Assembly: GCA_963708185.1 (NCBI GenBank)
Contig: OY970195.1
Coordinates: 896,001 to 960,000, forward strand
Length of the DNA: 64,000 nt
DNA from: Candidatus Peregrinibacteria bacterium
GTDB lineage: Bacteria > Patescibacteriota > Gracilibacteria > UBA1369
Direction of reading: 5' to 3'
Each line of letters opens with the position of its first letter. Position 1 is the first letter of the stretch. The notes under the pieces were generated by a model. The model had not been told where the DNA came from. It saw nothing but the letters and a program-made list of their open reading frames with translations, and did no database searches. The position numbers and the translations under genes were made by a program. Shown here in pieces: positions 49,057 through 60,089 of this stretch.

Positions 49057-50102
49057 TATTTCCCTGATAAAAGATATTCCGATTTTTTCCCGCTGAGCCA
49101 CGGGTGCATTTCCTTCCAGCCGAGTTTCCGATGCTTCATGATGTAACGGCGTTTTTTGAGAATACTCGGGACCTGCGTCCACATCACCAACCAGGCCTTG
49201 ATCAAAAACGGTTCGCGCAGGATGACGTAGAAAAAAATGAGAATCTCCTTCCACAGGATGGAAAAAAAGTCCTGGAGCACGTTCATCATGAGTTCGTTCT
49301 TGAGCTGCATGAGACGCTGGTTCTTGAAGGAGTAATACTTCTGGAATTTATTCAGTTTGCTGCGGTTTTTATAGACTTCCCAATGGGTGAATCTTTTGAG
49401 AACGCCCGTACCGCGTCCATGATTGGCGACGGCCGAAGGCAGGTACCAGGACTTCCAGCCGAAGAGAAGAAACCGCCAGGAAATATCGACGTCCTCCTTG
49501 TACATGAAAAAATCCTTATCCAGGTATTCACCGCCGTCCTTATCGGGTATTCTGACGTCATCAAGCGCTTTGCGACGGTAAAGCGGGCACGCCCCAGAAA
49601 TACCGAAAACCTGTTTTGCAACGTCGAACTGGCCTTCGTCTTCGAGTCCCTGTCCGTTGTCGATGACGCGGCGATTGCTGTAGCAAAAGAGGCCGGCCGT
49701 GTCGATGAAATTGGTTTTCTTATGGTTCTGGAAATCGTACTTGTAGAGTTTACCCTCAATCGCCGCGATGGTCGGGTCTTCGTGCATTTTGGCGATGCAT
49801 TTTTCGATGTAATCCGTTTCAAAAAGAATGTCCGGGTTGAGGAGCATGATGAACTCGCCCTTGGCCATTTTGATCCCCTGGTTGGCGCCCTCCGAGTAAC
49901 CAAGATTCTTGTTGTTGCAGACCGCGATCACGTTGTGATGGTGTTTGATGACGTGTTCACAGGAACCGTCAGTGGAAAGGTTGTCGATCAAAATAATCTC
50001 CAGAGGCTGGTAGGTCTGATGGTTGAGGCTGTTGATGCAGCCGTCGAGAAGATGCTTGGTGTTGTAGTTGATGATGACGATGCTGACGAGCGGGTTTTTC
50101 AT
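49056..50102 (-). CDS. GT2 glycosyltransferase
   Basis: SIVIINYN, IDNLSTDGS, LLNPD, FMYKEDVDISWR. Confidence 0.9.
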   Translation of the reverse strand: MKNPLVSIVIINYNTKHLLDGCINSLNHQTYQPLEIILIDNLSTDGSCEHVIKHHHNVIAVCNNKNLGYSEGANQGIKMAKGEFIMLLNPDILFETDYIEKCIAKMHEDPTIAAIEGKLYKYDFQNHKKTNFIDTAGLFCYSNRRVIDNGQGLEDEGQFDVAKQVFGISGACPLYRRKALDDVRIPDKDGGEYLDKDFFMYKEDVDISWRFLLFGWKSWYLPSAVANHGRGTGVLKRFTHWEVYKNRSKLNKFQKYYSFKNQRLMQLKNELMMNVLQDFFSILWKEILIFFYVILREPFLIKAWLVMWTQVPSILKKRRYIMKHRKLGWKEMHPWLSGKKSEYLLSGK

Positions 50103-50195
50103 GAATTTTTAAAGTTTTTAAGCGCACAAACCAGAGTATATCCTACCATTTTTCAAGGATCATGCTATAGTTGTTGCGCTTTTGTGAACATGTAT

Positions 50196-51170
50196 ATGCG
50201 TATTCTGGTTACCGGCGGCGCCGGATTCATTGGCAGTCATCTTTGTGAACGTCTTCTTCAGGAAGGGCACCAGGTCATTGCCGTCGATAATTTTATTACC
50301 GGAAACCCCAGAAATCTGGCGTCTTTCAAGGATCATCCGAATTTCACGCTCGTGGAGCACGACATCACTTCGCCGCTTCCGGCCGAAGTCGTCGGAAAAA
50401 CCAATATGGCTCCGGGGTACGGCGACAGCGATACATTGAAATTCGATGAGGTGTATCACCTCGCCTGTCCCGCTTCCCCCGTTGATTACCAGGACATCCC
50501 GCTCCAGACACTTATGGTGAATTCGATCGGCACCAAAAATATTATCGAGGTTGCGGTCCGTCATTGTGCGGCGATGCTCCTCGCTTCGTCATCCGAAGTC
50601 TACGGCGATCCCGAACAGCATCCTCAAAAAGAGACATATTGGGGCCATGTGAATCCGATCGGTGACCGCAGTTGTTACAGCGAAGGCAAGCGTTTTTCCG
50701 AAGCGCTCGCCGTGAACTATTACCAGCATTTCGGTTTCCCCCTGAAGATCGTGCGTATTTTCAATACTTATGGCCCGAGAATGCGTAAACACGACGGCAG
50801 GGTCATTCCGAGCTTCATCCAGTCGGCTCTTCACGATGAACCTCTGCGCATGCACGGCGACGGTTTACAGACCCGTTCTTTCTGCTACATCGACGACATG
50901 GTGGACGGAATGCTCCTCTCCATGGGACATAAAGAGTACCTCGGCCCGGTCAACCTCGGGCGCGAGGAGGAAATTTCGATCAAAGAGCTCGCCGAAAAAA
51001 TCATTACCCTGACCGGTTCTTCGAGCATGATTTCCAGCGGCAACCCCTTGAAAGAAGATCCCAAGCGGAGAAAACCCGATCTTACGCTCGCCGAAACCAA
51101 GCTCGGTTATAAGCCAAAAATCGACCTTGAGGATGGCCTGAAAAAAACCATCGACTTCTTCAGGTCATAG
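50196..51170 (+). CDS. UDP-glucuronate decarboxylase-like SDR
   Basis: LVTGGAGFIGSHL, HLACPASP, SSEVYGDP, YSEGKR, RIFNTYGPRM; start at ATG 50196. Confidence 0.92.
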   Translation: MRILVTGGAGFIGSHLCERLLQEGHQVIAVDNFITGNPRNLASFKDHPNFTLVEHDITSPLPAEVVGKTNMAPGYGDSDTLKFDEVYHLACPASPVDYQDIPLQTLMVNSIGTKNIIEVAVRHCAAMLLASSSEVYGDPEQHPQKETYWGHVNPIGDRSCYSEGKRFSEALAVNYYQHFGFPLKIVRIFNTYGPRMRKHDGRVIPSFIQSALHDEPLRMHGDGLQTRSFCYIDDMVDGMLLSMGHKEYLGPVNLGREEEISIKELAEKIITLTGSSSMISSGNPLKEDPKRRKPDLTLAETKLGYKPKIDLEDGLKKTIDFFRS

Positions 51171-51218
51171 CGCAAATTCGCTATTTACAGCGGCCGTTTC
51201 ATTTTCTATCATTGCGAT

Positions 51219-52358
51219 ATGAAGAACTATCTTTTCACTTCCGAATCCGTTACCGAGGGACATCCCGACAAGATCGCTGACCAGATCGCCGATTCTGTTC
51301 TGGATGCCATTCTGGCAAAGGATCCGCGGGGCCGTGTGGCCTGCGAAGCGCTGGTCACCACGGGACTTGTCCTGCTGGCCGGTGAAATTTCGACGACCTG
51401 CTACGTGGATATCCCCAAAATCGCCCGCAAGACCATCCAGGACATCGGGTACGATAACGCCACCTACGGGTTTGATTCCAAGGCCTGCGCAGTGCTGACG
51501 GCCATCGATGAACAGAGTCCGGATATTGCGATGGGTGTCGATACCGGAGGGGCCGGAGACCAGGGCATGATGTTCGGATTCGCCGTCAACGAAACGCCGG
51601 AACTGATGCCGATGCCGATCATTCTTGCCCATAGATTGTGCGAAAAACTGGCTTCCGTCCGCAAAAAAAAGATCCTCGGTTATTTGCGCCCGGACGGAAA
51701 ATCCCAGGTCACCGTGGAGTACGTGGATGGAAAACCCAAGCGCGTTCACACCGTGGTGGTTTCGACGCAGCATGACCCGGACGTGACAATGAAAACAATC
51801 CAAAAAGACATCGTCGAGCACGTCATCAAGCCTGTGTGCGGAAAACTTCTCGACAGCAAAACCATCATTCATATCAATCCGACGGGACGTTTCATTATCG
51901 GCGGTCCTCCGGGAGACTGCGGCCTGACCGGGCGCAAGATCATGGTGGATACCTACGGGGGTATGGGTCGTCACGGCGGCGGCTGTTTCTCCGGAAAAGA
52001 CCCGACGAAGGTCGACCGCAGCGCGGCTTATTTTGCGCGTTATGTGGCCAAAAATGTCGTGGCGGCGAAACTCGCCGACCGTTGTGAGATCCAGGTCTGC
52101 TACGCCATTGGTGTCGCTGAACCCGTTTCCCTCTACGTGAACACCTACGGGACCGGTAAAATCGACGAAGATAAACTCTCCAAGCTGCTCGTGAAAGAGT
52201 TCGATTTTACGCCAAAAGGCATGATCAAGGAGCTTGATCTCCGCAGACCCATTTACAAAAAAACCGCAGCATACGGGCATTTCGGACGGAACGAACCAAC
52301 CTTTTCCTGGGAAAAGACCGACCGGGCAAAAGCCCTTCGCGCAGCTGCAAACCTTTAA
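51219..52358 (+). CDS. metK: S-adenosylmethionine synthetase
   Basis: [34 protein letters not shown]. Confidence 0.98.
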   Translation: MKNYLFTSESVTEGHPDKIADQIADSVLDAILAKDPRGRVACEALVTTGLVLLAGEISTTCYVDIPKIARKTIQDIGYDNATYGFDSKACAVLTAIDEQSPDIAMGVDTGGAGDQGMMFGFAVNETPELMPMPIILAHRLCEKLASVRKKKILGYLRPDGKSQVTVEYVDGKPKRVHTVVVSTQHDPDVTMKTIQKDIVEHVIKPVCGKLLDSKTIIHINPTGRFIIGGPPGDCGLTGRKIMVDTYGGMGRHGGGCFSGKDPTKVDRSAAYFARYVAKNVVAAKLADRCEIQVCYAIGVAEPVSLYVNTYGTGKIDEDKLSKLLVKEFDFTPKGMIKELDLRRPIYKKTAAYGHFGRNEPTFSWEKTDRAKALRAAANL

Positions 52359-52372
52359 CCGACTCACCAGCC

Positions 52373-53623
52373 ATGATCGACAAAAAACTTCTTGCACAGG
52401 GCCAGAAAAACCTTGCACTTGCCGAACGAAACATGGGGGCGCTGATGAAACTGCGTGAACATTTCATGAAACAAAAACCTTTCAAGGGTATTCGCATCGC
52501 GATGGCGCTCCACGTGACGAAAGAAACGGGGATGCTCGTAAAAACCCTTCTTGGAGGAGGTGCAAAAGTTGCCATTACGTCCTGTAATCCGCTTTCGACC
52601 CAGGATGACGTGGTGGCCGCATTGAAGCATGACGGCATCGAAGTTTACGGTTACAAAGGCGAAACCAGGACAGATTATTACAAATTCTTACGGAAGGTCC
52701 TCGCCATCAAACCACAGATTACGATCGATGACGGCTGCGACCTGGTTTCGCTCGTCCATGGCACTGAAAAAAGGTATCTCAAAGACATCCTCGGAGGCTG
52801 TGAAGAGACGACCACAGGCATCATCCGCCTCCGCGCTATGCAGAGGGATGGCGTCCTGCGCTATCCGATTGTTGCCGTCAACGACAACAAAACCAAACAT
52901 CTTATGGACAATTATTACGGGACCGGCCAGTCCACGATCGACGCCATCCTCCGTGCTTCCAACACACTTTTTGCCGGAAAAACCGTCGTCGTCGCCGGCT
53001 ACGGCGACTGCGGAAAGGGTGTTTCGCTGCGGGCAAAAGGCCTGGGCGGCAACGTCATTATTACCGAAGTCGATCCTTTCAAAGCGCTTCAGGCAGCTAT
53101 GGACGGGTTCAGGGTCATGCCCATGGCCCAGGCCGCTCCAATGGGAGATATTTTCGTGACGGTGACCGGCGACTGTGATGTCATTAGGCCCGAACACGTG
53201 AAGATGATGAAAGAGGGAGCCATTATGGCGAATTCCGGACATTTTGACGTGGAGATCGACGTGGTCGGACTGGGCAAGCTGGCCTCAAAAAAACGCCGCG
53301 TCCGTCCCTATTTTGACGAATACACCATTATCAACCGCGGGAAAAAGAAGCACGTGTACCTTGTCGGTGAAGGACGCCTGGCCAATCTCGTGGCGGCGGA
53401 AGGCCACCCCAGCGAGGTCATGTCGATGTCTTTCTGCGGCCAGGCACTGGCGGTCGACTATCTTCTCAAGCACGCCAACAAGATGAAAGCCGGCGTGTAC
53501 GAACTTCCTGACTCCATCGATCAGAAAATCTCCCAGCTCCAGCTCGGGACGATGGGCGTACGCATCGATACGCTTACTCCGAAGCAGAAAAAATATCTTT
53601 CGGGATGGCAGGAAGGAACCTAG
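52373..53623 (+). CDS. ahcY: Adenosylhomocysteinase
   Basis: SCNPLSTQD, EETTTG, DNYYGTGQS, GYGDCGKG, GHFDVE, EGHPS. Confidence 0.97.
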   Translation: MIDKKLLAQGQKNLALAERNMGALMKLREHFMKQKPFKGIRIAMALHVTKETGMLVKTLLGGGAKVAITSCNPLSTQDDVVAALKHDGIEVYGYKGETRTDYYKFLRKVLAIKPQITIDDGCDLVSLVHGTEKRYLKDILGGCEETTTGIIRLRAMQRDGVLRYPIVAVNDNKTKHLMDNYYGTGQSTIDAILRASNTLFAGKTVVVAGYGDCGKGVSLRAKGLGGNVIITEVDPFKALQAAMDGFRVMPMAQAAPMGDIFVTVTGDCDVIRPEHVKMMKEGAIMANSGHFDVEIDVVGLGKLASKKRRVRPYFDEYTIINRGKKKHVYLVGEGRLANLVAAEGHPSEVMSMSFCGQALAVDYLLKHANKMKAGVYELPDSIDQKISQLQLGTMGVRIDTLTPKQKKYLSGWQEGT

Positions 53624-53668
53624 CGGGTAGAATGGTGATGCCGACTCAAGGATTTTGACCATGTTCCT

Positions 53669-55030
53669 ATGAAAATCACAGTATTCGGATGCGGGTACGT
53701 TGGCCTGACCACCGCCGTGGGGCTTGCCGAAATGGGCAACACCGTCCTGGGCATCGACGTGGACAAGGAAAAAATCGCGATGCTCCGCGAAGGTCTCGTT
53801 CCTTTTTACGAACCCGGTCTTCAGGAGATGCTGCTGCGGCAGATCAGCGAAGGGCGCCTCGCGTTTTCCACCGACGCGAAACTCGGCATCGAATCGTCTT
53901 CGCTCATTTTCAGTGCGGTGGGCACGCCGCCGTTGAAAGATCATTATGCGGATTTAAGCGCCGTTCTCCATGTGGCGGAACAGTTCGCTGATTATGCCCG
54001 CGGAGAAAAGATTTTCGTCAACAAATCCACCGTTCCCATCGGAACGAGCAGCAAAATCCTCAACATTATCCGTAAAAAGATGTCTGACAAGGATCGTTTT
54101 TTTGTGGTCTCGAACCCTGAATTTTTACGGGAAGGCACGGCGCTCAAAGATTTTTTTGAACCTGACCGCATCGTGGTGGGCATTGATGAAAAAGACCCCC
54201 TGCCGCGCCAAATCATGAAAAAACTTTATCGTCCGATGGTGGAAAAAGGTGTTCCTTTGCTCTTTACCGACATCCGCAGCGCCGAAGTCATCAAATACGC
54301 TTCGAACGCTTTTCTGGCGACCCGGCTTTCCTTCATCAACGAGCTCGCCAACTTCTGCGAAAAAGCCGGCGCGGATATCCAGAACGTCCGCAAAGGCGTG
54401 GGCATGGACAAGCGCATCGGCACGCACTTCTTCCAACCCGGGATAGGATTCGGCGGATCGTGCCTTCCCAAGGATCTCAACGCACTCATCGAGATCGGTA
54501 AACTTCATGGATTTGACTTTCAGCTTCTGGAAGCCGCGCAAAGCGTCAACCTCCGGCAACCGCTGCGCATCATCGACAATCTGCACAAGGTTTTCTCTTC
54601 CCTGAAGGGAAAAACGCTCGGCGTCTGGGGAACCTCCTTCAAACCGAATACCGACGACCTCCGTGACGCCCCTTCGCTGGCCATCCTTCAGCAGCTGGTG
54701 CGGGAAGGCGCGAAAATTCAGGTATATGATCCGGTCTCTCTCCCAAAACTCCAGCAGCTTTTCGGGAAAAAACTGACGTACTGCAAAAATTATTACAGTG
54801 CGCTCAAAGAGTCATCCGCCTTGCTCGTACTTACGGAATGGGACGAGTTCAGAAATCCGGATTTTGCCCGCATGAAGTCATTTATGCGCAAATATTACAT
54901 CTTTGACGGACGTAATATCTTTGACCGGGAAGAGGTTGAAAAACAGGGATTCAGCTATTACGGCATCGGAAGTTTATCTCCACAGCGCAAACTGAAATCC
55001 AAACGCTCACGCGTCAAATTGGGGTTGTAG
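53669..55030 (+). CDS. ugd: UDP-glucose 6-dehydrogenase
   Basis: GCGYVGL, KSTVP, NPEFLREG, GFGGSCLPKD, FKPNTDDLR, DGRN. Confidence 0.93.
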   Translation: MKITVFGCGYVGLTTAVGLAEMGNTVLGIDVDKEKIAMLREGLVPFYEPGLQEMLLRQISEGRLAFSTDAKLGIESSSLIFSAVGTPPLKDHYADLSAVLHVAEQFADYARGEKIFVNKSTVPIGTSSKILNIIRKKMSDKDRFFVVSNPEFLREGTALKDFFEPDRIVVGIDEKDPLPRQIMKKLYRPMVEKGVPLLFTDIRSAEVIKYASNAFLATRLSFINELANFCEKAGADIQNVRKGVGMDKRIGTHFFQPGIGFGGSCLPKDLNALIEIGKLHGFDFQLLEAAQSVNLRQPLRIIDNLHKVFSSLKGKTLGVWGTSFKPNTDDLRDAPSLAILQQLVREGAKIQVYDPVSLPKLQQLFGKKLTYCKNYYSALKESSALLVLTEWDEFRNPDFARMKSFMRKYYIFDGRNIFDREEVEKQGFSYYGIGSLSPQRKLKSKRSRVKLGL

Positions 55031-58000
55031 TAAGGATCGCCTTTCTTCATGAGATCTTCGTATTTGTTTTTCATATACTGGACCTCTTTCATGTTTACGT
55101 CGTAACCGCGACTCAATGATTCGTGGTGGTAGAGCGATGCATAAGCCGTGTAGACGACGAGATATCCTTTCTGACGCAATCTAAGGCAGAAATCCACGTC
55201 GTTAAAAGCCACGGCGAGGTTCTGTTCATCCAACCCCTTCAACTCCTCATAAACGCTTTTTCTGACCATGACGCAGGCGGCGGTTACCGCACTGTAATTC
55301 TTGATAACGTCAACCTGTCCGAAGTATCCGTGGTCATGATTGTTGTGTCTGCTAAAGGCGTGGTTGGCGACACCACCCACACCGACGAGAACTCCCGCAT
55401 GCTGAAGCGTGTTGTTCGGGTAGAGCAGTTTCGCCCCCACTGCACCGACTTCGCTGCGCTGGGCCTGTTCGAGCATGGCTTCGATCCATTCCGGCGTGAT
55501 GACTTCGGTATCGTTGTTGAGGAGGATCAAAATTTCCCCTTTGGCGTGCTGTACGGCAAAGTTGTTGATGGCCGCATAGTTGAACGGCTTATTATAGGGC
55601 AAAATCGTGATTCGCGGATCGCTTTCGACGGTTTTAAGATACTCCGCGGTTTCAAAAAGTTCGCTCTGGTTATCCACCAAAATGATTTCGTAATTTTTGT
55701 AGGTGGTCTTCTGGAAAATACTGGTGAGACAGGTTTCGAGGACGTCTTTTTTATCCTTGAACGGAATAATGATGCTGACGAGCGGCTCGTTTTTGATTTC
55801 GCGTTTTACGCGGTATGACCCCAGCCAGATGCCGTCTTCCACCTGCCCGTCGATGCTGCGGCGCTTCAAGGCGTCCTGCAAAGCTTTCTTGGCGGAGTCC
55901 ATGGCATATGGTTTGTACTGAATATTTTCCGCGGTCGATCCGGGAATTTTCCTCCAGTGATAAAGAATTTTCGGGATATGTCTGATGTTGTTGGTCTTTT
56001 CGGTAAAGCGCAGCACGAGGTCGTAATCCTGGCTTCCGTCAAACCCTTCTCGGAACCCTTTGATCTCATTGAGAATTTTCCTGCGATAGACCCCGAAGTG
56101 CGAAACATAGTTGCAGGAAAGGAGAAGATCGGGTGACCAGTCGGGTTTGAAGAAAGGTTCGCACCGGCTGTCGGAAAGATCGATCTTGTCTTCGTCGCTG
56201 TAGATGAGGTCGTATTTCGTTTCCTGAAGAACCTTCACCACTTCGTACAAAGCGTCAGGCGTGAGCTCGTCATCGTTGTCGAGTAAACCTACATAAGCGC
56301 CTTGCGCAAGCCCCAGCGCATCGTTGGACGCTTTGACGATTCCTCCGTTTTTGGAACGGAAGGTCAGGCGGATGCGGCGGTCTTCCATTGCGTACTTTTC
56401 GAGCAGAGGGCGGATGAAGCTTTCGGTGGATGCGTCGTCGCAAATGCAGAGCTCCCAGCGGGTGTAGGTCTGCTGTTTGACCGACGCAATGGCTTTGACA
56501 AGATACTCTTCGGCGACATTATAGACGGGCATGACGATGCTGATGACCGGCTTGTATTCAAACTTTTCGAGTTCTTCGGTCATACTGTTGAGTTCTTTTG
56601 GCGTGGGGGTGTTTTTCTGAATATACACCTCATACTGCTCGGGGAGCGCGCGCTCCGGCGTGCCGGATTTCACCCTGCGGTAGGTTCGTTTGAAAAATTC
56701 CGAAGGCCCGAGGGTCGAGAGAACCCGCAGTCCGTTTTTGGCGAGCTTAACCGGTTCGCTCCAAAGTTTCTTCTTCAGGACACCGTACATTTTTACGGCT
56801 TTCCAGGCCCTTGAATTGAGGATGCCTTCGAGTGATTTTTTATACTCCGCAAGCGCCACCGCGGTTTCCGCAAGGTCGCTTTGTTTTGCTTTGAGTTCGG
56901 CGCTTTTGCTTTTTAAAAGTTCTTCGTTGCTCCTGATGTATTTCTTGAGCATGACCAGTTCCGAACTGCCGGATTTCAATTCACCATCCTGCTTCCGGAT
57001 AAGCGTTTTCGCGTTATTGATCTCGCTGGCAAGCATGGCCTGCTGTTCTTCAAGCGTATTGACGCGGGAAACTTTCTGGTGATAGTTGGCCTGGAGCAAC
57101 GTGAGTGCCTGCTGGCGTTCCTGGAGCAGGCTGTAGAGTTCTTCGTTCTGATCGCGGAGTTCATTTTGCCGCTCCTTGAGTTCGGCCATCTTGTCACGCG
57201 CTGCCAGCATGGCGTCGGCCAGCGTATTGAGCTGTTTCTTGCGGCGATTGAGCATCTTGCGGTCTTCGGTGAAGGCGATCTTCATGGCATAGCAGAAGGT
57301 CTTCACCACGAACTTGTTCATGGCCGCGACGCCTTCGGTGATGGCGTTCCCTTTGAGCGTTTTTTCCTTGGATATGCAGAAAAAAGTACGATAGGTCGGT
57401 TCCTGGTAATTGCCGAGTTCGAGAAGGTTCTTATTGAAATATTCGCTGAAACCGGTGAATTCGTCGGCTCCTTTTTCACCCTGCTTTGCTCCGATGGCAA
57501 ATTGCTGGAGCGCCCAGTTGATGATGTTTCCTTCGCCCACCGTCATGTAGGCGAAACCTTTTTCCTTGAGAAAAGCCTCCACTTCGTGCGCTTCAGGAAG
57601 CCCTTTCTGACGATGCTCGTCGAGAAACGGATGTTTAATGCCGACGTTCTCGAGGAACTGCTGGGCGACCATGTTCTCGACATTTTCCACGAACTCTTTT
57701 CTGAAAGGTGCCCCTAAAATAACGTAGTTTTTACTGACGCGGCAAAGTTCATCGAGGACTTTCACGCGGTCTTCTTTGGCAATGTGTTCCATCAGGTCCG
57801 AAGCCAGGACGACTTCAAAACTGTTGTCGGGGAACGGCAGTTTGCGGGCGTCACCCTGAACATAATTTCCTTTTTCGAGACTGGCGTCTTCAGCGTCCCA
57901 CGGCTTCTGGTCAAGCACAATCAGTTTGTAGTCTTCGTTCAAAAACCACCCGAGTTTCCCTCCGAAACCGCCGACGTCAAGAACGTGGGTAGGCTTATTG

Positions 58001-58113
58001 AGACCGAACGCATCAAGGAGAAAAGCGATGGTTTTGTTGCGGGAGTAAAGGTCGGGAGAAAGTTTCAGGAGAGCGCTCTGCTCGTTGTTATTTTCCAAGG
58101 TGTTTTCAGCCAT
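54958..58113 (-). CDS. Methyltransferase + coiled coil + tandem GT2 fusion
   Basis: VLDVGGFGG...GDARKLPF; long heptad region; two GT2 domains (DDAS/DNDD/DYD and DNQS/NNDT/NDVD). Confidence 0.88.
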   Translation of the reverse strand: MAENTLENNNEQSALLKLSPDLYSRNKTIAFLLDAFGLNKPTHVLDVGGFGGKLGWFLNEDYKLIVLDQKPWDAEDASLEKGNYVQGDARKLPFPDNSFEVVLASDLMEHIAKEDRVKVLDELCRVSKNYVILGAPFRKEFVENVENMVAQQFLENVGIKHPFLDEHRQKGLPEAHEVEAFLKEKGFAYMTVGEGNIINWALQQFAIGAKQGEKGADEFTGFSEYFNKNLLELGNYQEPTYRTFFCISKEKTLKGNAITEGVAAMNKFVVKTFCYAMKIAFTEDRKMLNRRKKQLNTLADAMLAARDKMAELKERQNELRDQNEELYSLLQERQQALTLLQANYHQKVSRVNTLEEQQAMLASEINNAKTLIRKQDGELKSGSSELVMLKKYIRSNEELLKSKSAELKAKQSDLAETAVALAEYKKSLEGILNSRAWKAVKMYGVLKKKLWSEPVKLAKNGLRVLSTLGPSEFFKRTYRRVKSGTPERALPEQYEVYIQKNTPTPKELNSMTEELEKFEYKPVISIVMPVYNVAEEYLVKAIASVKQQTYTRWELCICDDASTESFIRPLLEKYAMEDRRIRLTFRSKNGGIVKASNDALGLAQGAYVGLLDNDDELTPDALYEVVKVLQETKYDLIYSDEDKIDLSDSRCEPFFKPDWSPDLLLSCNYVSHFGVYRRKILNEIKGFREGFDGSQDYDLVLRFTEKTNNIRHIPKILYHWRKIPGSTAENIQYKPYAMDSAKKALQDALKRRSIDGQVEDGIWLGSYRVKREIKNEPLVSIIIPFKDKKDVLETCLTSIFQKTTYKNYEIILVDNQSELFETAEYLKTVESDPRITILPYNKPFNYAAINNFAVQHAKGEILILLNNDTEVITPEWIEAMLEQAQRSEVGAVGAKLLYPNNTLQHAGVLVGVGGVANHAFSRHNNHDHGYFGQVDVIKNYSAVTAACVMVRKSVYEELKGLDEQNLAVAFNDVDFCLRLRQKGYLVVYTAYASLYHHESLSRGYDVNMKEVQYMKNKYEDLMKKGDPYYNPNLTRERLDFSLRCGDKLPMP

Positions 58114-59293
58114 AATGTCGCCATGTAACAGGAAGTTCGATCAGCCCGTATTGATTTTCGCGGTTCCGTTCGACCGAAAATGTGTATCTTTTGTCGTGGT
58201 AGTCGTAGGGGCGGGTGCATGAAGAGTCAAAACAGGAAACTGTAAAGACATACCGTCCGCCGAGGAGCGTATTTGGATTGATGATGCAATCCAGATACCC
58301 GTCCCTTTTCACCTCTTCAATCGGATACTCGGAAGTTTTGGTGTTGGGGCCACTAATATGTACACCATCATCCCTATGGATGGCAATACCAAAAACCGGC
58401 TTTTTTACCGGTTTTTTAATTTTGTAAAAAATGCGCGCGGTGATGGAATCTCCGGTGCGGAAACTTGCCGTCTCCATGCCGTGATGATCAAAGAAACGGA
58501 CGTCGCTGATGAAGATGTCGGTATCGTCGTGGTTTTTATGGATTTCCTGGGGCTGGCTTTCGAGGTGAATTCGCCGGTGGTATTCATCGATGACCTTTTC
58601 GGCTTCCCCTCCTGCGACGACTTTTCCCTTTTCCAACAGGATCGCCTTCGTGCAGAACTGGGTGATGACCGCGGGATTGTGGCTCACCAATACGAGTGTT
58701 TTTCCCTGTTTCTTCCAGTCTTCAAAGACTTCGACGCACTTCTGCTGAAAGGCTTCGTCGCCCACGGCAAAGACTTCGTCGCAGAGGTAGATATCGGCGT
58801 CGGCCTCTTTGGCAATGGCGAACGCCAGCCGCGCCTGCATGCCCGAAGAAAAATTTTTCATCTTGAGATCGAGGAACTTTTTCACTTCGGCAAAAGCCAC
58901 GATGTCGTCGAACTTCTGCTGGATCTGTTTTTTGGTGAGGCCAAGGAGCGTGGCGTTGACGCGGATATTCTCGCGCGCGGTCAGTTCGGGCTGGAAGCCG
59001 ATGCCGAGTTCCAAAAACGGCGCGATCTCTCCGTTCACTTCCATCTTGCCGCTGTCCGGTTTATAGATTCCCGCCATCACTTTGAGCAACGTGCTTTTCC
59101 CGCTGCCGTTCTTGCCGATGATGCCGATAAAATCTCCCTTCCCCACCATGAGGTTGACGTTTTCAAGGGCCTTGAACTGTTCGAAGGTCCGTTTTTTCAA
59201 GAGTCCCAAAAAATTCTCCTTCAGGGTGTCGCGTTTTTCGTGAGGGAGCACGAATTTTTTTGAGATATCGGTGAGTTCGAGGGCCTGTTGCAT
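58106..59293 (-). CDS. wzt: Polysaccharide ABC exporter ATPase with C-terminal carbohydrate-binding domain
   Basis: GKNGSGKST, FSSGMQARLAF, DEVFAVGD, Wzt_C-like extension. Confidence 0.93.
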   Translation of the reverse strand: MQQALELTDISKKFVLPHEKRDTLKENFLGLLKKRTFEQFKALENVNLMVGKGDFIGIIGKNGSGKSTLLKVMAGIYKPDSGKMEVNGEIAPFLELGIGFQPELTARENIRVNATLLGLTKKQIQQKFDDIVAFAEVKKFLDLKMKNFSSGMQARLAFAIAKEADADIYLCDEVFAVGDEAFQQKCVEVFEDWKKQGKTLVLVSHNPAVITQFCTKAILLEKGKVVAGGEAEKVIDEYHRRIHLESQPQEIHKNHDDTDIFISDVRFFDHHGMETASFRTGDSITARIFYKIKKPVKKPVFGIAIHRDDGVHISGPNTKTSEYPIEEVKRDGYLDCIINPNTLLGGRYVFTVSCFDSSCTRPYDYHDKRYTFSVERNRENQYGLIELPVTWRHYG

Positions 59294-59303
59294 AAGGAAA
59301 CAC

Positions 59304-60089
59304 TTATATTTTTTCTGCGATCTTCCCGGCTTGGGAATTAAAAATACTATACCCGAAGATAAAAATCACCACGGACATGAGGAGGATAACAAGGTTGAGT
59401 CCCAGATCCGGAATGTGGTGGCGGATGAAGATGTCACGGGAGTATTCGATAATGCGTGCCATCGGGTTCAGGAAAATATACCGGTGATATTGGACCGGGA
59501 CGATGGTAACCGGATAAATGATGGGCGTAAGCCAAAAACCGATCTGAAGAAGGATCTCCCAGATGTGTTGGAGATCGCGAAAATGAAGGTACAGCGCCGC
59601 GAGCAGAAGCGTCACTCCGGTGGCGATCATGTAGAGTTCAACGATGTAGATGATGAAAAAAAACGCCGATGCCTGGATGGCTACACCCGCAACGAACATG
59701 AAGACGAAAAAAATGATGAGATTCAGCAGCAGTGTGACCAGGCTCGAAAGCGTGCTCGCAAAAACGATGATGGAGCGCGGGAAATAAATCTTGGTGACGA
59801 GATCTCTCTTGGCGATAAGGCTGTTCATGCCGATGAGCGTGGCCTCGGAAAAAAAGTTCCACAAAATGATCCCAAGGAGCAAATAGACCGGATAGTTTTC
59901 GATCGGCGACTGCATGAAGACCGAGAACACGAGGTAGATCACGCCAAAGAGCAGCAGAGGTTTGATAAGCGTCCAGAAATAGCCCAAAAAAGAGTTCTGA
60001 TAGCGGAGTTTAAATTCGCTTTTGACGAGCTCGACGAGAATGCGCAGATGCTGCTTTTGGAACTTTTTGTGGAGATTTTTGGACCTCAT
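59304..60089 (-). CDS. wzm: Polysaccharide ABC exporter permease
   Basis: FKLRYQNSFLGYFWTLIKP, KIYFPR, FRD, TPIIYP, NPM. Confidence 0.93.
   Translation of the reverse strand: MRSKNLHKKFQKQHLRILVELVKSEFKLRYQNSFLGYFWTLIKPLLLFGVIYLVFSVFMQSPIENYPVYLLLGIILWNFFSEATLIGMNSLIAKRDLVTKIYFPRSIIVFASTLSSLVTLLLNLIIFFVFMFVAGVAIQASAFFFIIYIVELYMIATGVTLLLAALYLHFRDLQHIWEILLQIGFWLTPIIYPVTIVPVQYHRYIFLNPMARIIEYSRDIFIRHHIPDLGLNLVILLMSVVIFIFGYSIFNSQAGKIAEKI

Noticed and set aside
49104-50195. N-terminal half of the 688-aa ORF
   Set aside because: Antisense shadow of the GT2 gene; the real SDR starts at 50196.
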